From the NCBI GenBank assembly GCA_964016885.1, contig OZ024748.1:17794001-17858000 (forward strand): DNA of 64,000 bases, given 5' to 3'. Below the pieces are notes generated by a model. It was not told where the DNA came from. It saw only the letters and a program-made list of their open reading frames with translations, and ran no database searches. Below are positions 38,796 to 53,710 of this stretch, in pieces. The first letter of the stretch is position 1, and every line of letters begins with the position of its first letter. The position numbers and the translations under genes were made by a program. Source of the DNA: Eledone cirrhosa. Lineage: Eukaryota.

Positions 38796-39675
38796 AATGG
38801 AGTTAAAGACTCGTGTTAATCCCCTGTAATTTAATGAGCTCAAGGAATAAGTACCGGGTTTTTCATAATACAGTATATAGAGAAGGAAACACAAAAAGGT
38901 TATGTTTTCAATTAGGAGGGGTAGAGGACCACTGGAGCGAAGAACATATGCGACCAGTCAAACATTCCTGACAAAGTCTCTCCACAATTCCCGATTTTCT
39001 ATTACTCCTGACAACTATTCCTTATTGAGGTTTGTACCATCTGAGAGTTGATTGATGAATTTTCAAGCAGGCCTTCCTCTACTACGTCTCTCATGAGTTG
39101 GTCCCCCACAATAGTAACTTGACCTATCTAACCCCCATCATAGAACCCACTATTCTCTACTCACATCTTTTCCTCCCCCTTCATTCTCCCATCTCATAAC
39201 TGGGACAGTCGCTTTGAAGTATGTGTGTAGTGATGAGGGGGTCCAACAACAAGGCGATTTGTATGTTTGTCATAACAGACATAATCGCAGGGTATCGCCA
39301 GTGTATCGCCAGAGATAAAATTATTGGTTGTTGTTTTATATTAGTTTTTTTTTGTCCATTGTTTGTTTGTTGTTTTTTTTTGGTTATTGTTGTTGTTGTT
39401 GTTGTTATTTAGTTTTTGTGTTTTCTTTTCACGTGAACAAAATGAAGGAATGGATGTAGGCTTTGAGGAATTCCTACCCAGAGAGCAGCAAGAGTTATAG
39501 GAAAGACAAATAACAAAAGATTTATAAGAGACAAAAGAAGAACCGAGATCAGAGAGATCGATATGACTGTAGCTTGAGGGATATTGGACATTTCTGAGAC
39601 AGCCCTAGACTTTCACACACATATATACATACATACAGGCAAAAACACACACACATACTATATATGTACATATAG

Positions 39676-39714
<39 letters not shown>

Positions 39715-39921
39715 GCATAAACACAGATACAAACTATATATATATATGTGTATATATGTATATATGTGTACACAAACAGGCATATATATATATATATATA
39801 CACATATACAGGCAAAAACACACACACAAACTATATGTATATATACATACATATATAGTTAATATATATACATGTACAAGCACAAACTATATATATATGT
39901 CTATATATATGTACACACACA

Positions 39922-39984
<63 letters not shown>

Positions 39985-40139
39985 TATACCACATATATAC
40001 ACACATACATGCACAAACACACAAACTATATATATATATAAATATATATATATATGTGTGTGTGTGTGTACACAGACATATATATGTATATATATATGTG
40101 TGTGTGTGTACACATATATAGTTTGTGTGTTTATGTATG

Positions 40140-40170
<31 letters not shown>

Positions 40171-40418
40171 TATTTGAAGACATAGCTACTCACTACTTGT
40201 TTTTAAAGTATGGAGTAGTAAGTTGATCAATTGCCTTACAAGTTTCAAATAGTAACTTTTTATCCTATATATATGTAGGGGGTGTCTTTGTGCATATATA
40301 TATATGTTTATATAAATATATATCATCATCATCGTCATCAGCTTTTAACGTCCCTTCTCCTTTCTTTATATTTATTATTTATATCATCATCATCTCCGTT
40401 TAACGTCCATATATATGA

Positions 40419-40455
<37 letters not shown>

Positions 40456-40888
40456 ATAACAAAGAAGGTGTGATAAGAAACCAGATGGGCCATAAAGCAC
40501 TAGAGTACTCGATACTTAGGGTACCTGACAGTTGAGCTCCAGCCATTTTGACAGCTAGATCTAGCTATATATATATATATCTAATCATGTATAGATAAGA
40601 CAAGCGTGCATGCTACACGGGAGATTGCTTCATGCACTGACTACTCTAAGCTTTCCTCTTGCTTTATCTTCATAGACTGCCAACGCTTCATGTTTATCTT
40701 TATTTTCACTCTTGCTTTTATTTTATTTTATTTTTATCATGTAACACTTTATTTTTATCATGTAACACTTTATATGTAAATTGCCATGCTATTTCATTTG
40801 ATGAATGTCACCCCACTGTTGATCAATATGCACATATGTTTTATGTGTCTCTTGGGTTGAAAAGGAGGTCAAGTATGTTATAAATAAC

Positions 40889-40935
40889 TGCTCCGAAGAA
40901 TCCAAACCTCGGTTTGGAGGAAACAATTGTAAGCA
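40889..40935 (+). ncRNA. Hammerhead motif with U4C change; truncated paralogue at ~46057-46088
   Basis: TGCT-CCGAAGA-ATCCAAACC-TC-GGTTTGGAG-GAAA-CAATTG-TA-AGCA. Confidence 0.68.
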
Positions 40936-41190
40936 AATAAATGACTTAAACTGAACTTTGATTACTGTAATCTCTATATATATATATATAGTAATAATAA
41001 TAAATTTGAAGACTAAAATCCAAAGAGAGCTCGATAAGGATAAATATATATCAAATATATAAGAATCCTAGAGCAAACTTTACTCTGTTATTTTAATAAA
41101 TTTATATATATATATATATATATATATACAGATTTTGTTTCTGAATTTGTTTAGCAAGATTCTTTATCTGAAAACGTGTGTTGAAACCGA

Positions 41191-41775
<585 letters not shown>

Positions 41776-42379
41776 ATATATATACAGCTAGATCTAGTTG
41801 TCGAAATGGCTGGAAATTCAGCTGTCGGGGTCCTGACTCTTTTCCTACATATATATATCAATACATATATATATGTATTTATTGCTTAAACTTTTAATCT
41901 GTGCTAATAATATATATATGTATGTGTATTTGTCTGTGTAAGTATATATATATATGTGTGTGTGTGTATGTGTGTGTCTATGTATGTATATATATGTATA
42001 TGTGTGTGTATTTTTTTTGTAAGTTTATGTAGATAGTTACACCAAAACATGCACTAAACCATAGATTCAATTCTGTTTATTATATCAAAATAATATTTAT
42101 TATTAATAGTGTCTATTTACTTCGAAGTTACAATCTGCAAGGTTTTTTCATGTGGAGGGACTCAATATACAACCGGTGTGCTCCAGGCGTTTCATGAGAA
42201 ACACCTGTCTGATAATTATAATCTGCCCATGCACACTGATCAACTGTTATATAAACAATGTTGGTATTTGTCATTGTTGTTGTCGTTGATGTTGTTGTTG
42301 GCATTGTTGATGATGTTTTGTTTTTGCTGTTATGTTGCTATTGTTTATATTGTTGTACTTCCCTCACTCTTATTTAGTC

Positions 42380-43008
42380 AAGAACACAATGCGCCACCTG
42401 GTGCAAGAATCAAACCTAGAACCTTACGATTGTGAGTCCAACACTCTAACCCCTAGGCCACATGCTTTCATCTCAAACCATTAATTTTGCTAATGTACCA
42501 CCCAGTCCAGGAATCGAACTCACAACTTTATGATCATAAGTCTAACATCCCAACCACTGGACCACATTAATTCACAAATCATTTATTTTGCTAATGTACC
42601 ACCCAGTCCAAGAACTGAACCCACAATATTATGATCATAAGTCCAACATCCTAACCACTGGGCTACAAACCTTCGCAAGTCATTAATTTTGCTAATGTAC
42701 CAGCCAGTCCAGGAATCAAACACACAACTTATGATCATAAGTCCAATATCCTAACCATTGGGCTACATACCTTCACAAGTCATTAATTTTGCTAATGTAC
42801 CAGCCAGTCCAGGATTCAAACACACAACTTATGATCATAAGTCCAATATCCTAACCATTGGGCTACATACCTTCACAAATCAGGGCCACATTCCTTCACA
42901 AATCATTAATTTTGCTGATTTACGACCCAGTCCAGGAATCAAACCTACAACTTATGATCATAAATCTAACATCCTAACCACTGAGCCACATACCTTCAGC
43001 AATCATTA
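42380..43008 (-). repeat. ~100-bp tandem array of tRNA-like SINE heads (about 5-6 units)
   Basis: Repeated CCAGTCCAGGAATCGAACTCACAACTTATGATCATAAGTCCAACATCCTAACCACTG. Confidence 0.8.
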
Positions 43009-43014
43009 ATATTT

Positions 43015-43198
43015 GTGGATTGGCAGTATCGGTAGAGGGTCGGGCGCCATGCTTTCCAGCATAGTTACGTCCCTTTACGATCTGAGTTCAAATCCTGCCG
43101 AGGTTGACTTTGCCTTTCATCCTTACGGGGTCGATAAAATAAAGTACCAGTAATGCACTGGGTAATTGCTGGCCTTGTGCCTAAAGTAGAAACAATTA
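43015..43198 (+). mobile_element. SINE-A
   Basis: Family sequence with A and B boxes. Confidence 0.9.
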
Positions 43199-43616
43199 AT
43201 ATTTATATATGCATTAATTTTAAAACATAGCAGTGATTATATCGATAGTAATTACTTAGTTGCAACCCATCTATCTTCTTCTTCACACATTTCCATTGTT
43301 AATGTCATTACGATATGGAATTCAAAGGAAATATTACTTTCACTTCACTTTCACTTCACTTTCACTTCTCATTGGGCACTACAATATGGCTGGCTTCCTC
43401 ATTGGTGCTTCTTTAACACAGAAATAGAAGAAAGCTAAATGTAAATAATAACTCGAGATAAAATCATCAAGAATTAATCAACCTGTTTCCCTTGTAATAA
43501 AGCCTTAATCAAAGTGATTTCATCCTTGTCACATTTGACACTTTAATTAAAATCTGTTATTTATTAACTTTCTCTCATCATCATCATAATCTATATAGTC
43601 TATGTTATCGTATACT

Positions 43617-43689
<73 letters not shown>

Positions 43690-43750
43690 ATATATATATG
43701 TATATATGTATATATATATATATGTATATATGTATATATATATATATGTA

Positions 43751-43791
<41 letters not shown>

Positions 43792-43794
43792 GTA

Positions 43795-43873
<79 letters not shown>

Positions 43874-43930
43874 GTATATGTATATATATATATAGTTAAA
43901 AGAATAGAGGTGTAACACACAAGTTATTAT

Positions 43931-44316
43931 ATATTGGTAAACGGAATAGAAAATGCTGACAAATTGTTCACAGTTGAAAAATGGTTTAATTAGGAATAAA
44001 AGAGTATTAGTGATTGTATGGGTTAGTATTCAGTTGTGGTTTTAAGTTTTTAAATTTTTACCGGTTGCGCATTTCTAAATGCTTTTCAAAAATAATTTTG
44101 AGATAGAGTGTCCGTGCTGTTTGCTCTGATCAGAGCAAACAGCACGGACACTCTATCTCAAAATTATTTTTGAAAAGCATTTAGAAATGCGCAACCGGTA
44201 AAAACTTAAAACCACAACTGAATACTAACCCATACAATCACTAATACTCTTTTATTCCTAATTAAACCATTTTTCAACTGTGAACAATTTGTCAGCATTT
44301 TCTATTCCGTTTACCA

Positions 44317-44320
<4 letters not shown>
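43931..44320. repeat. ~390-bp near-perfect palindrome with a mutated U3:A8 hammerhead in each arm
   Basis: Centre CTGA|TCAG at 44129/44130; TTGAAAA-GCATTT-AG-AAATGC-GCAA-CCGG-TA. Confidence 0.9.
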
Positions 44321-44347
<27 letters not shown>

Positions 44348-44355
44348 TATATGTA

Positions 44356-44386
<31 letters not shown>

Positions 44387-44449
44387 GTATATATATATGT
44401 ATATATATATGTATATATATATGTATATATATATATGCATATATATATG

Positions 44450-44497
<48 letters not shown>

Positions 44498-44500
<3 letters not shown>

Positions 44501-44960
44501 TCATCATCATCATCACCGTTTTATGTCCGTTCTTCCACGTTAGCATGGGTTAGACGGGTTGTCCTGTTGTGGGCAGTGTCTGGTCGGCTGACCATGCCTT
44601 GCTCATACAGGAACTGATTTGGCTTGATTTCTACAGCTGGATGCCCTTCCTAATACCAACCTCATTTACAGTGAGTGGTGGGTGCTTTTTCGTGGCGCCT
44701 ACACATCCACTTTACAGTGTGGGCTGGGTGCTTTTTTGCCATGGCACCTCCACGACCACCTTGCAGTGGGGGGTGTGGGGGCATATTGTCTATATGCTTC
44801 AGCTTGTACCCATGGGAGGTCGGGTACTATGTATTACTGTGTGACGCCAGAGGTCACGGTCGTGTGTCATTGCCTTTGAGAGATGTATTTGGGTAAGGTC
44901 GGCTTTTATCACCTCATCCCAGGTCATCTTGGGTCTCCCCACTCCGCGGTTTCCATCAAC
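44498..44960 (-). mobile_element. RTE 3' end (subfamily c) whose 3'UTR contains the SINE-B body
   Basis: VDGNRGVGRPKMTWDEVIKADLTQIHLSKAMTHDRDLWRHTV; (GAT)n tail; (TA)n flanks. Confidence 0.85.
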
Positions 44961-44983
44961 TATATATATATATGTATATATAC

Positions 44984-45014
<31 letters not shown>

Positions 45015-45019
45015 TGTAT

Positions 45020-45236
45020 AGTAATAATAATAAATTTGAAGACTAAAATCCAAAGAGGGCTCGATAAGGATACATATATATCGAATATATAAGAACCGTA
45101 GAGCAAATATTTATTAAAATAACAGATTAAAGTTTAAGCAAAGAATCGCTGCTTTCACCCTTAACGGGATCTTCTGAAACTAACAAAGTCAATCTGTGAA
45201 CGCAGAACTGGATATTTCAAAAAACGTCGCAACCGT
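45020..45236. mobile_element. (TA)n-flanked dispersed repeat (other copies at 40991-41100 and 53416-53680, with inverted ends)
   Basis: GTAATAATAATAAATTTGAAGACTAAAATCCAAAGAGGGCTCGATAAGGATA found three times. Confidence 0.75.
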
Positions 45237-45247
45237 ATATATATACA

Positions 45248-45305
<58 letters not shown>

Positions 45306-45473
45306 CATATATGTATATATATATATACATATATATGTATATATATACATATATGTATATATATATACATATATATGTATATATATACATATATGTATAT
45401 ATACATATATATACATATGTATATATATACATATGTATATATATATATATATACATATATACATATACATATA

Positions 45474-45505
<32 letters not shown>

Positions 45506-45566
45506 CATATATGGATATATATATATATGTATATATATATACATATATGGATATATATATATATAT

Positions 45567-45721
<155 letters not shown>

Positions 45722-45797
45722 GGAAAAATTTGAACAGGGACAAAACAGAGAGGCAGTACAATAAATGTTTATTAATTTCACGCTCAGGAGAGTGGGG

Positions 45798-45832
45798 GAC
45801 GACGTTTCGGGCATAAGCCCTTCCTCAGGTGA
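45798..45832 (-). ncRNA. Penelope-type minimal hammerhead within unit ~45720-45990
   Basis: CTGAGGA-A-GGGC-TTAT-GCCC-GAAA-C-GTC; stem I is weak. Confidence 0.7.
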
Positions 45833-45984
45833 GAAGTGTGTGGGAACAGAGTTCAAAAGGTGTGTAGGGGAGTGGTGGAGAGACATATAGCGAAAGGAAA
45901 CGGTGCGAATGAAAAATTAACAAATAAAGATAAAAAATATAAAAAATAAAGATAAAAATAAAGATAAAAAATAAAAATAAAGCA

Positions 45985-46044
<60 letters not shown>

Positions 46045-46359
46045 GTATATATATATAACCTAAGGTTTGGATGAAACAATTGTAAGCTAATAAATGGTTT
46101 GAACATAACTTTGATTCCTGTGAATTCTATATAACTGCTCTGTAGAACAACTGATGTTATTACATTGAGCTATTTATCTTACTGGTAATAAGGTAGTAAT
46201 AACTACCTTATTACCAGTAAGATAAACTGTCTTTCACTGTTTAGGGTTTAAAATATATATAACTATAAAAAGTTTTAGTATATACATAACCATAAATAGC
46301 ATCCTTAATACTATGTGTATATATATATATATATATATATTTCATTTGTTTTTTCGTCG

Positions 46360-46687
46360 TTTCATTTTACGTCCGCTTTTCCCTGCTTGCAAGGGTGGGA
46401 CGGGAACTGATTCTGGCTTGATTTCTACAGCTGGATGCCCTTCCTAACACCGACCTCATTTACAGTGAGTGCTGGGTGCTTTTATGCCGTGGCACCTCCA
46501 CGACCACTTTGCAGTGGAATGATAGGCACCCCAGTCCCTATCATCTCATTTCTACAGCTGAGTAAACTGGAGCAATGTGAAATAAAGTGTCTTGCTCAAG
46601 GAAACAACACATCACCCGGTCTGAAAATTGAACTCACAACCTATCGATTGCAAGGCCAATGCTCTAACCACTAAGCCATGTGCCTCC
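46360..46687 (-). mobile_element. SINE-B, full length
   Basis: Family sequence. Confidence 0.92.
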
Positions 46688-46705
46688 ATATATATATATA
46701 TATAT

Positions 46706-47420
46706 GTATGCAGTAGATGTACAGGGAAATTAGACAGTAGAAGTCGCACTGATAGACACATTTTTCAAATGCGAGAGGGCGCTATAGAAGTGGTGGATAG
46801 CTTCCGGTACCTAGGAGATCAGATTAGCATGGGAGGAGGGTGTTCCGAGGCCATAGTATCTAGAATAAGGACGGGTTGGAAGAAGTTTAGGGAGCTGCTT
46901 CCTCTGTTGACGAAGAAGGGTTTCTCCCTGCGTACGAAAGGCCGGTTGTATGATGCCTGTGTGAGGAGCGCGATGCTGCATGGTAGTGAGACATGGGCAG
47001 CAACCGCAGAGGATATGCGATGGCTGGAGAGAAATGAGGCAAGCATGCTCCGTTGGATGTGCAATGTAAATGTGCGTGAACGACCCAGCATAAATGTGTT
47101 GAGAGAGAAACTGTGTCTGAGAGGGATAGAATGTAGTGTACGGGAGAGGAGACTGAGGTGGTATGGACATGTGATGCGCATGGAGGATGACCGACGGGTG
47201 AAGAAGTGCCAGGAAATGCCAGTTGAAGGAAGATGTGGTAGAGGTAGACCACGAAAAACATGGGCGGAGGTGGTGAGCACAGACCTCAGATCATTGAAGC
47301 TCACGGTGGAGATGACGAGGGACCGTGACGAGTGGAGAGATGCTGTGCTGAATAAGACCCGTCCCACCCTTGCAAGCAGGGAAAAGCGGACGTAAAATGA
47401 TGATGATGATGATGATGATG

Positions 47421-47421
<1 letters not shown>
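46706..47421 (+). mobile_element. RTE-b 3' fragment (open frame to stop at 47395) with (GAT)n tail
   Basis: [54 protein letters not shown]. Confidence 0.93.
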
Positions 47422-47471
<50 letters not shown>

Positions 47472-47486
47472 CTTACACACATAAAC

Positions 47487-47519
<33 letters not shown>

Positions 47520-47619
47520 TAGAAAGAGATAAAGGCACTAGTACATATATATGTGTGAATGTGTTTGTATATATATATATATATATGTACATTTTGTATA
47601 TATATATATATATATGTAC

Positions 47620-47763
47620 AAATTGTCACAAGTGTAGTGTTTGTACCAGAGTTTTCAAGTCGCTGGCTGGACTAAAAAGTCACAGTCGTTCAGCGCATCG
47701 GTAGGGGTTCTCCTACATGGATATAAAGTAGTGGCCGTACTCGAAAACGAGTTGGCAGCCACC
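47620..47763 (+). mobile_element. 3' end of the bipartite RTE element or of its parent LINE
   Basis: [24 protein letters not shown]2H2 finger; same terminus as 15954. Confidence 0.85.
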
Positions 47764-48349
47764 ATATATGTACATACATATATGTATATGTATATATATA
47801 TATCTTTGGAAATATTCCATATCTGTTTTTCACATTACATTGATCTCTGCAGTATTTGAAACCAAATATGGAACTGTTTTGCACATGACTTTTTCTTCGA
47901 TGCTCTACTGACTTTACATGTAACTGATACTCATTGATTATGATATTACTCATTGTTGAAACCAGTGGAAGCACTGTATAGTTAATGAGTGTTTCTCTCC
48001 ATCCATCTATGTCATACATGTGCCCTTAACTCCTGGTGAAGTTTTAGGGCCACTATCATCTTGTGCTTCTTAACTTAGTGGAGCCCAGCCCTCTCCTAGT
48101 TTGAAGGCAGCCAATTTCTTCCGGAGAAGTAGAAAGTTAGAGACAAAGAGAGAAGAAGAGAGAGGGTGAGAAAGAGAAGAGCAGGAGTAAGAGAAAAATT
48201 TAGATGAAGACTCAACCTTAGTATTGGACTGGTACTTTATTTATTGACCTCAGAAGAATGAAAGACAAAGTTGACCCCTGCAAGGATTTTGAACTCGAAG
48301 TTCAGAAAGCTGGCTCAAATACTACAATACACTCAATCCAATATCTAAA

Positions 48350-48555
48350 GCCTGTCTCAAGCCCAAAGGGGCATCAGCCCAGTGCTTATCCTGGTTTCTG
48401 TGACATGAAGTGACTGAGAGTACAAGACTCCCTCCAGGATAGGATGCCATTCCATTGCAGGGCTAACCCCCAGCTATTGCTGGTACTCATTTACAGGTAA
48501 CTATAATTGAGCAGCATGAAATGAAGTGTTTTGCTCAAGAACACAAAACACAACC
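48350..48555 (-). mobile_element. SINE-C fragment
   Basis: Diverged reverse complement of ~56300-56495. Confidence 0.65.
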
Positions 48556-48644
48556 CAATAATATATTTGTGCTAACTGCATCAAATATAGTCTTCCTCTC
48601 ACAATGTATGGCTTTATGAGCTAACTAACCAAACAGCCTTTAAA

Positions 48645-49333
48645 CAGTGTTTTCCAACCTTTTTCATGTCCACACCTCTGAAATTTGTTCAATATGTTGT
48701 TGCACCACTGTTCTTGCATCCCTTTAAAACAGTAATAATTTAAGATTATTCAAAAGTTAACAATTATAACCTGAAAAAAATATTAAAATATGAATAAGGT
48801 TGATTGGAGGAAAATTGAAGAACCTAACATCATCATCATCATCATCATCAAGGTTTAGCATCCGTGTTCCACGCTTGCATGGGTTTGGACGGGGGTTTTC
48901 CCACTTGAGGCAAGAGTGGTTGTCTTGCTCGCATAGGACTGTCTGGCGGGATTTCTACAGCTGGATGCCCTTCCTAACACCAACCACATTTACAGTGTGG
49001 GGCTGGGAGGTTTTTACCGTGTTGCCTACACGGCCACATTACAGCGTGGACTGTCTGGCGGGTTTTCTACAGCTGGATGCCCTTCCTAACACCACCCACA
49101 TTTACAGTGTGGGGCTGGGAGGTTTTTACCGTGTTGCCTACACGGCCACATTTACAGCGTAGACTGTGTGTTTTTTTTTTGTCGTGACACCTACACGATC
49201 TCATTTGTTTCGGCCTGGATGTTGTGGCACCAACATAACTTTACAATAATACCATTCAATCCAAGAATAAATATTACAAAAATACTATTAATAAAAAAAC
49301 AAAATACTGAGCACCCCTGGTTGGGAAATCCTA
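48645..49333. mobile_element. Possible hAT/Charlie-type MITE hosting an RTE tail
   Basis: CAGTGTTTTCCAACC ... GGTTGGGAAATCCTA; TSD not clear. Confidence 0.45.
48828..49245 (-). mobile_element. RTE-a 3'UTR fragment with a duplicated 112-bp module
   Basis: Reverse complement of ~13985-14517 with two units. Confidence 0.9.
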
Positions 49334-50082
49334 CTCTATACACTGCTTTTTCTTGTTAGACATAGCACCAGATTCTCACTCAATTTACTCAGTATTTGCA
49401 TACCATGTTTAGTTTTTAACAGTTTTTTTGAGATCACCACTAGCTTTTAACAGTTTTTGTAGATAAGAACACCATTTTTAGAACAGATTTTTCTTCTTAG
49501 ATCTTCCCTAGATTTTAGTAGCTTTTTGCAATTCTTCACAAGAATTTTAACAGTTTTTTTTTTCTTTTTGTAGAATGTCAATATTATTAGCAGTTTTTAT
49601 TTAGCTAGCTTCTCAATTGTTTTTTTAAATAATTTTAAATTTCAATAGTTTTGTTGATTGAAACAGCTGTTTAGTGTTTTGCACACCATCATTCGGTTTT
49701 AACAGATTTTTTCCTAACCATCATTAGTTTTTAACAGTATTTTGCAGACCATAAGTCCTTAATATTTTGGGAGAGTGGGGGTTTCAATAGATTATGCTGG
49801 CTAAAACAAGGTTTTGACAGTTTTATTTCAGATCATTACTAGTTTTTCAATAATTTTCTTTTAGTAATTTTTAATTTCGATAATTTTTGCTGGCTATAAC
49901 AAGTTTTGACAGTATTTCTTTATAGATTTTTTTTAAATAGCTTTTTATTTGAAAAGTTTATAAATTGAATAGTTTTTGCTGATCAAAAATAATTTTTTTT
50001 TAAGTGTTTGGCAGATCATTACTATTTTTTTGGCAGACCATAACTTTCACCACTCACCCAACATACTTTCAAAGTCATAATT

Positions 50083-50143
<61 letters not shown>

Positions 50144-50807
50144 TTCTCACTTTATCTATCTCTCATTCTCTCTAGCGCTTCCACACTCACTCTTTCTCTC
50201 TCTCTCTCTCTCTTTTATTTTAATTTTATTTTTTAGTGTTGCTATAATTTCTGCCACGTGTTTCTGTGTTTTGTTATCTTCTCCTTTGTTTAGCTTTTTT
50301 TTCTTCTCCCTTTTCTTTCCTAGACTTCTTTCTGGAATAATCTTCCCATGACTGTTTAGGTTTGTTTTTTTTTCATGAATATTTTTTTATGTCATTTTTT
50401 TTTTTAAAGATATCATATGATTTCATAACATTTTCTGGTCTTTCGAGGTTTCATCAGTGTAGTTTGATAGGATTTACTAACAAACCACACTACAACCCAC
50501 ACATAGCCCCCCTCCACATCCCATCCTCACCCAAAACAATAACAAACAAAAAAGCAACAACAAGAACCAAATATTTGACTTTGTCTTAGTTATCAGTAAA
50601 ATGGTGGATATTATAAATTATCATTTTTTTCTCTCAACCTTTTTTCTACTATTATGCCATTGACTTTATATCTATTTTTTGTATTGTTTTCTTATTTATT
50701 AATATTATCATTATTATTGTTATTAATGCTATTATTATTGTTATTATTATAGTTGTTGTATTATTATTATTGTTATAGTGCCATTGTAATTACTATTATT
50801 ATTATTA

Positions 50808-52490
50808 GGGCGGTGAATTGGCAGTATCGGTAGAGGGTCACACGCCATGCTTTGACGGATAGAGTTATGGTCCTTGCCATTCTGTGTTCAAATCCCGCCA
50901 AGGTTAACTTTGCTTTTCATTCTTACGGGGGTCGATAAAATGAAGTACCAGTAATGCACTGGGATAATTGCTGGCCTTGTGCCAATAGTAGAAACAATTA
51001 TTATTATTAGGGTAGTGTGTTGACAGTATCGGTAGAGGGTTGGATGCTATGCTTTGCAGCATAGAGTTACAGCCCTTTATGGTCTGAGTTCAAATCTCGC
51101 CGAAGTTAACTTTGTCTTTATTCCTTACGGGGTCGATAAAATAAAGTACCAGTCACACACTGATGTCGATTTAATTGACTTCCTCTCCCTCGAAATTGCT
51201 GGCCTTGTGCCTATATAAGAAACCATTATTATACCCATGACATACTTTCTCACTCCTTTTCTCTCTCCTCTCCCATTCTTTACACATATGAACATCATAA
51301 TTATCACCTTCCCTTCTCATTCACCTATTGTCACTCACCTTTAACATCATATGTATAAGAGGTTCTCAAAGTGGGCACTACCGCCCCCTGAGTGGCATTG
51401 AGTAGGTCCAGGGGCCTAAGATGGAGGTAGAGATGATATAATTGTTTCTACTTTTGGCACAAGGCCAGCAATAATCCCAGTATATTACTGGTACTTTATT
51501 TTATTGACCCTGTAAGGATGAAAGGCAAAGTTAATCTCAGCGGGATTTGAACCTAGGCTGTAAAGGGACGTAACTCTATGCTTCAAAGCATGGTGTCCGA
51601 CTCTCTACCGATACTGCCAATCCACAATCCACTACTCCGATACTGCCAATCCACATATAATATGTGTGTTGAACGTTGAATTAACTCTCAAATATACTAT
51701 AGAACTTACCACCCCGACTATACTATATAATTGTTTCTATTTTAGGCACAAGGCCAGCAATTACCCAGTACATTACTGGTACTTTATTTTATCGACCCCG
51801 TAAGGATGAAAGGCAAAGTTAACCTTGGCGGGATTTGAACTCAGATCGTAAAGGGACGTAACTATGCTGGAAAGCATGTCTGACCCTCTACCGATACTGC
51901 CAATTCACCGCCCTTTATACTATATAATAGATGACTACAATACTATTGCTATACTACTATAGCTATATTACTATCACTACTACACTACCACTAATAATTG
52001 TTTCTACTTTTGGCACAAGGCCAGCAATTATCCCAGTATATTACTGGTACTTTATTTTATTGACCCCGTAAGGATGAAAGGCAAAGTTAATCTCAGCGGG
52101 ATTTGAACTCAGGCTGTAAAGTGCCATAACTCTTTGCTGAAAAGCATGGTTTTAGACCCTCTACTGATACTGTCAATCCACAATCCACTACTCTTAATAA
52201 TAATTGTTTCTACTTTTGGCACAAGGCCAGCAAATTCACCAGTAAATTACTGGTACTACTCCTAATAATAATTGTTTCTACTTTAGGCACAAGGCCAACA
52301 GTTTTTGGAGATAGGAAAGTCAATTAAATCTACCCCAGTACATTACTGGTACTTTATTTTATCGACCCCATAAGGATGAAAGACAAAGTTAACCTCGGCG
52401 GGATTTGAACTCAGACCGTAAAGGGCCGTAACACTGTGCTGTAAAGCATGGCATTCGACCCTCTACTCATGCTGCCAATCTACCCCTCTA
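50808..52490. mobile_element. SINE-A cluster (two + copies 50808-51225; several - copies 51438-52490)
   Basis: Family sequence repeated. Confidence 0.85.
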
Positions 52491-53710
52491 CTAATAATAA
52501 TAGTACTACTATTATACCAACATCTAGTACTTACACCAACTCAACCATTATAAGGCTACTATCACTACACTACTATTACTGCACTACAGTACTAATAAAT
52601 TAATGATACTATTACACCAAAATCTACTAGTACTTACACTAAGTCAACCATTACAAGGCGTGATATATTACCTCATTTTCTTTCCTTTGTTTATTTGTTG
52701 GTTTATTGTTATTTTTTTAATTTTTATTTTATTTATTTTATATATTTATATATTTATTAGTCTCCTACTCAATGTAGTCTCTGCCCTGTAGCAGTTTAAT
52801 AGCAATCGACCAATAAAAAGAAATATTATATCTTCTTCAGCCTGTAGAATTTTGGCAATGCTAATGTTCTGGCAGAGCTCCATTCAGGTTTAATTCATCA
52901 TAGCTACTGTGGACTATGACCTTATCTCCAGCAATTACTAATTAAACATGATACATTACAAATCTCTTGTGTAACCAATATAACCCAAAATCGAATTCAT
53001 TTTAATATCACAAAAGCATCATCTCTGTTTTGCAACTACCAAAGCCAAGACATTGAATTAAGAATTAAAGTAAGCAAAAAAAAGAAAAAGAAAAAAAATG
53101 AAAAAATGAAAAAGAAAAACTAAAAAAATATATAGATAAATAAAATAAAATAAAATAAAATAAATAAATTTTATATATCTTTTAAATAATTTTTTTTTTT
53201 AATTTTACATGTATTTATTTAATGGGTGCAGATGATGCTAGGGGTAGGTATATTGTAAATGTTATTAGGTTTGGGTTTTATTATTATTGAGGTTAACTTT
53301 GCTTTTCATCCTTACGGAGTCGATAAAATAAAGTACCAGTAATATACTGGTATAATTGCTGGCCTTGTGCCAAAAGTAGAAACAATTATTATTATTTATA
53401 TATATGTTTATATATAGTAATAATAATAAATTTGAAGACTAAAATCCAAAGAGGGCTCGATAAGGATAAATATATATCAAATATATAAGAACCGTAGAGC
53501 AAATATTTATTAAAATAACAGATTAAAGTTTAAGCAAAGAATCGCTGCTTTCACCCTTAATGGGATCTTCTGAAACTAAAAAAAATCAATCTGTGAACGC
53601 AGAAGTAAATATTTAAAAAAACGTTGCAACTGAAGCAGCGATTCTTTGCTTAAACTTTAATCTGTTATTTTAATAAATATATATTTATATATATATAAAT
53701 ATATATATAT

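Noticed and set aside
38845-38915. TTGAAAA-CATAA..TTATG-AAAA-ACCCGGTA on the minus strand
   Set aside because: G12 missing and no stem I; too degenerate
45145-45180. CAGAAGA-TCCC..GGGT-GAAA on the minus strand
   Set aside because: Core and stem III do not fit; family kept only as a dispersed repeat
47790-48120. 109-aa minus-strand ORF / possible exon
   Set aside because: No recognisable domain; may be a decayed LINE 5' region but cannot be supported
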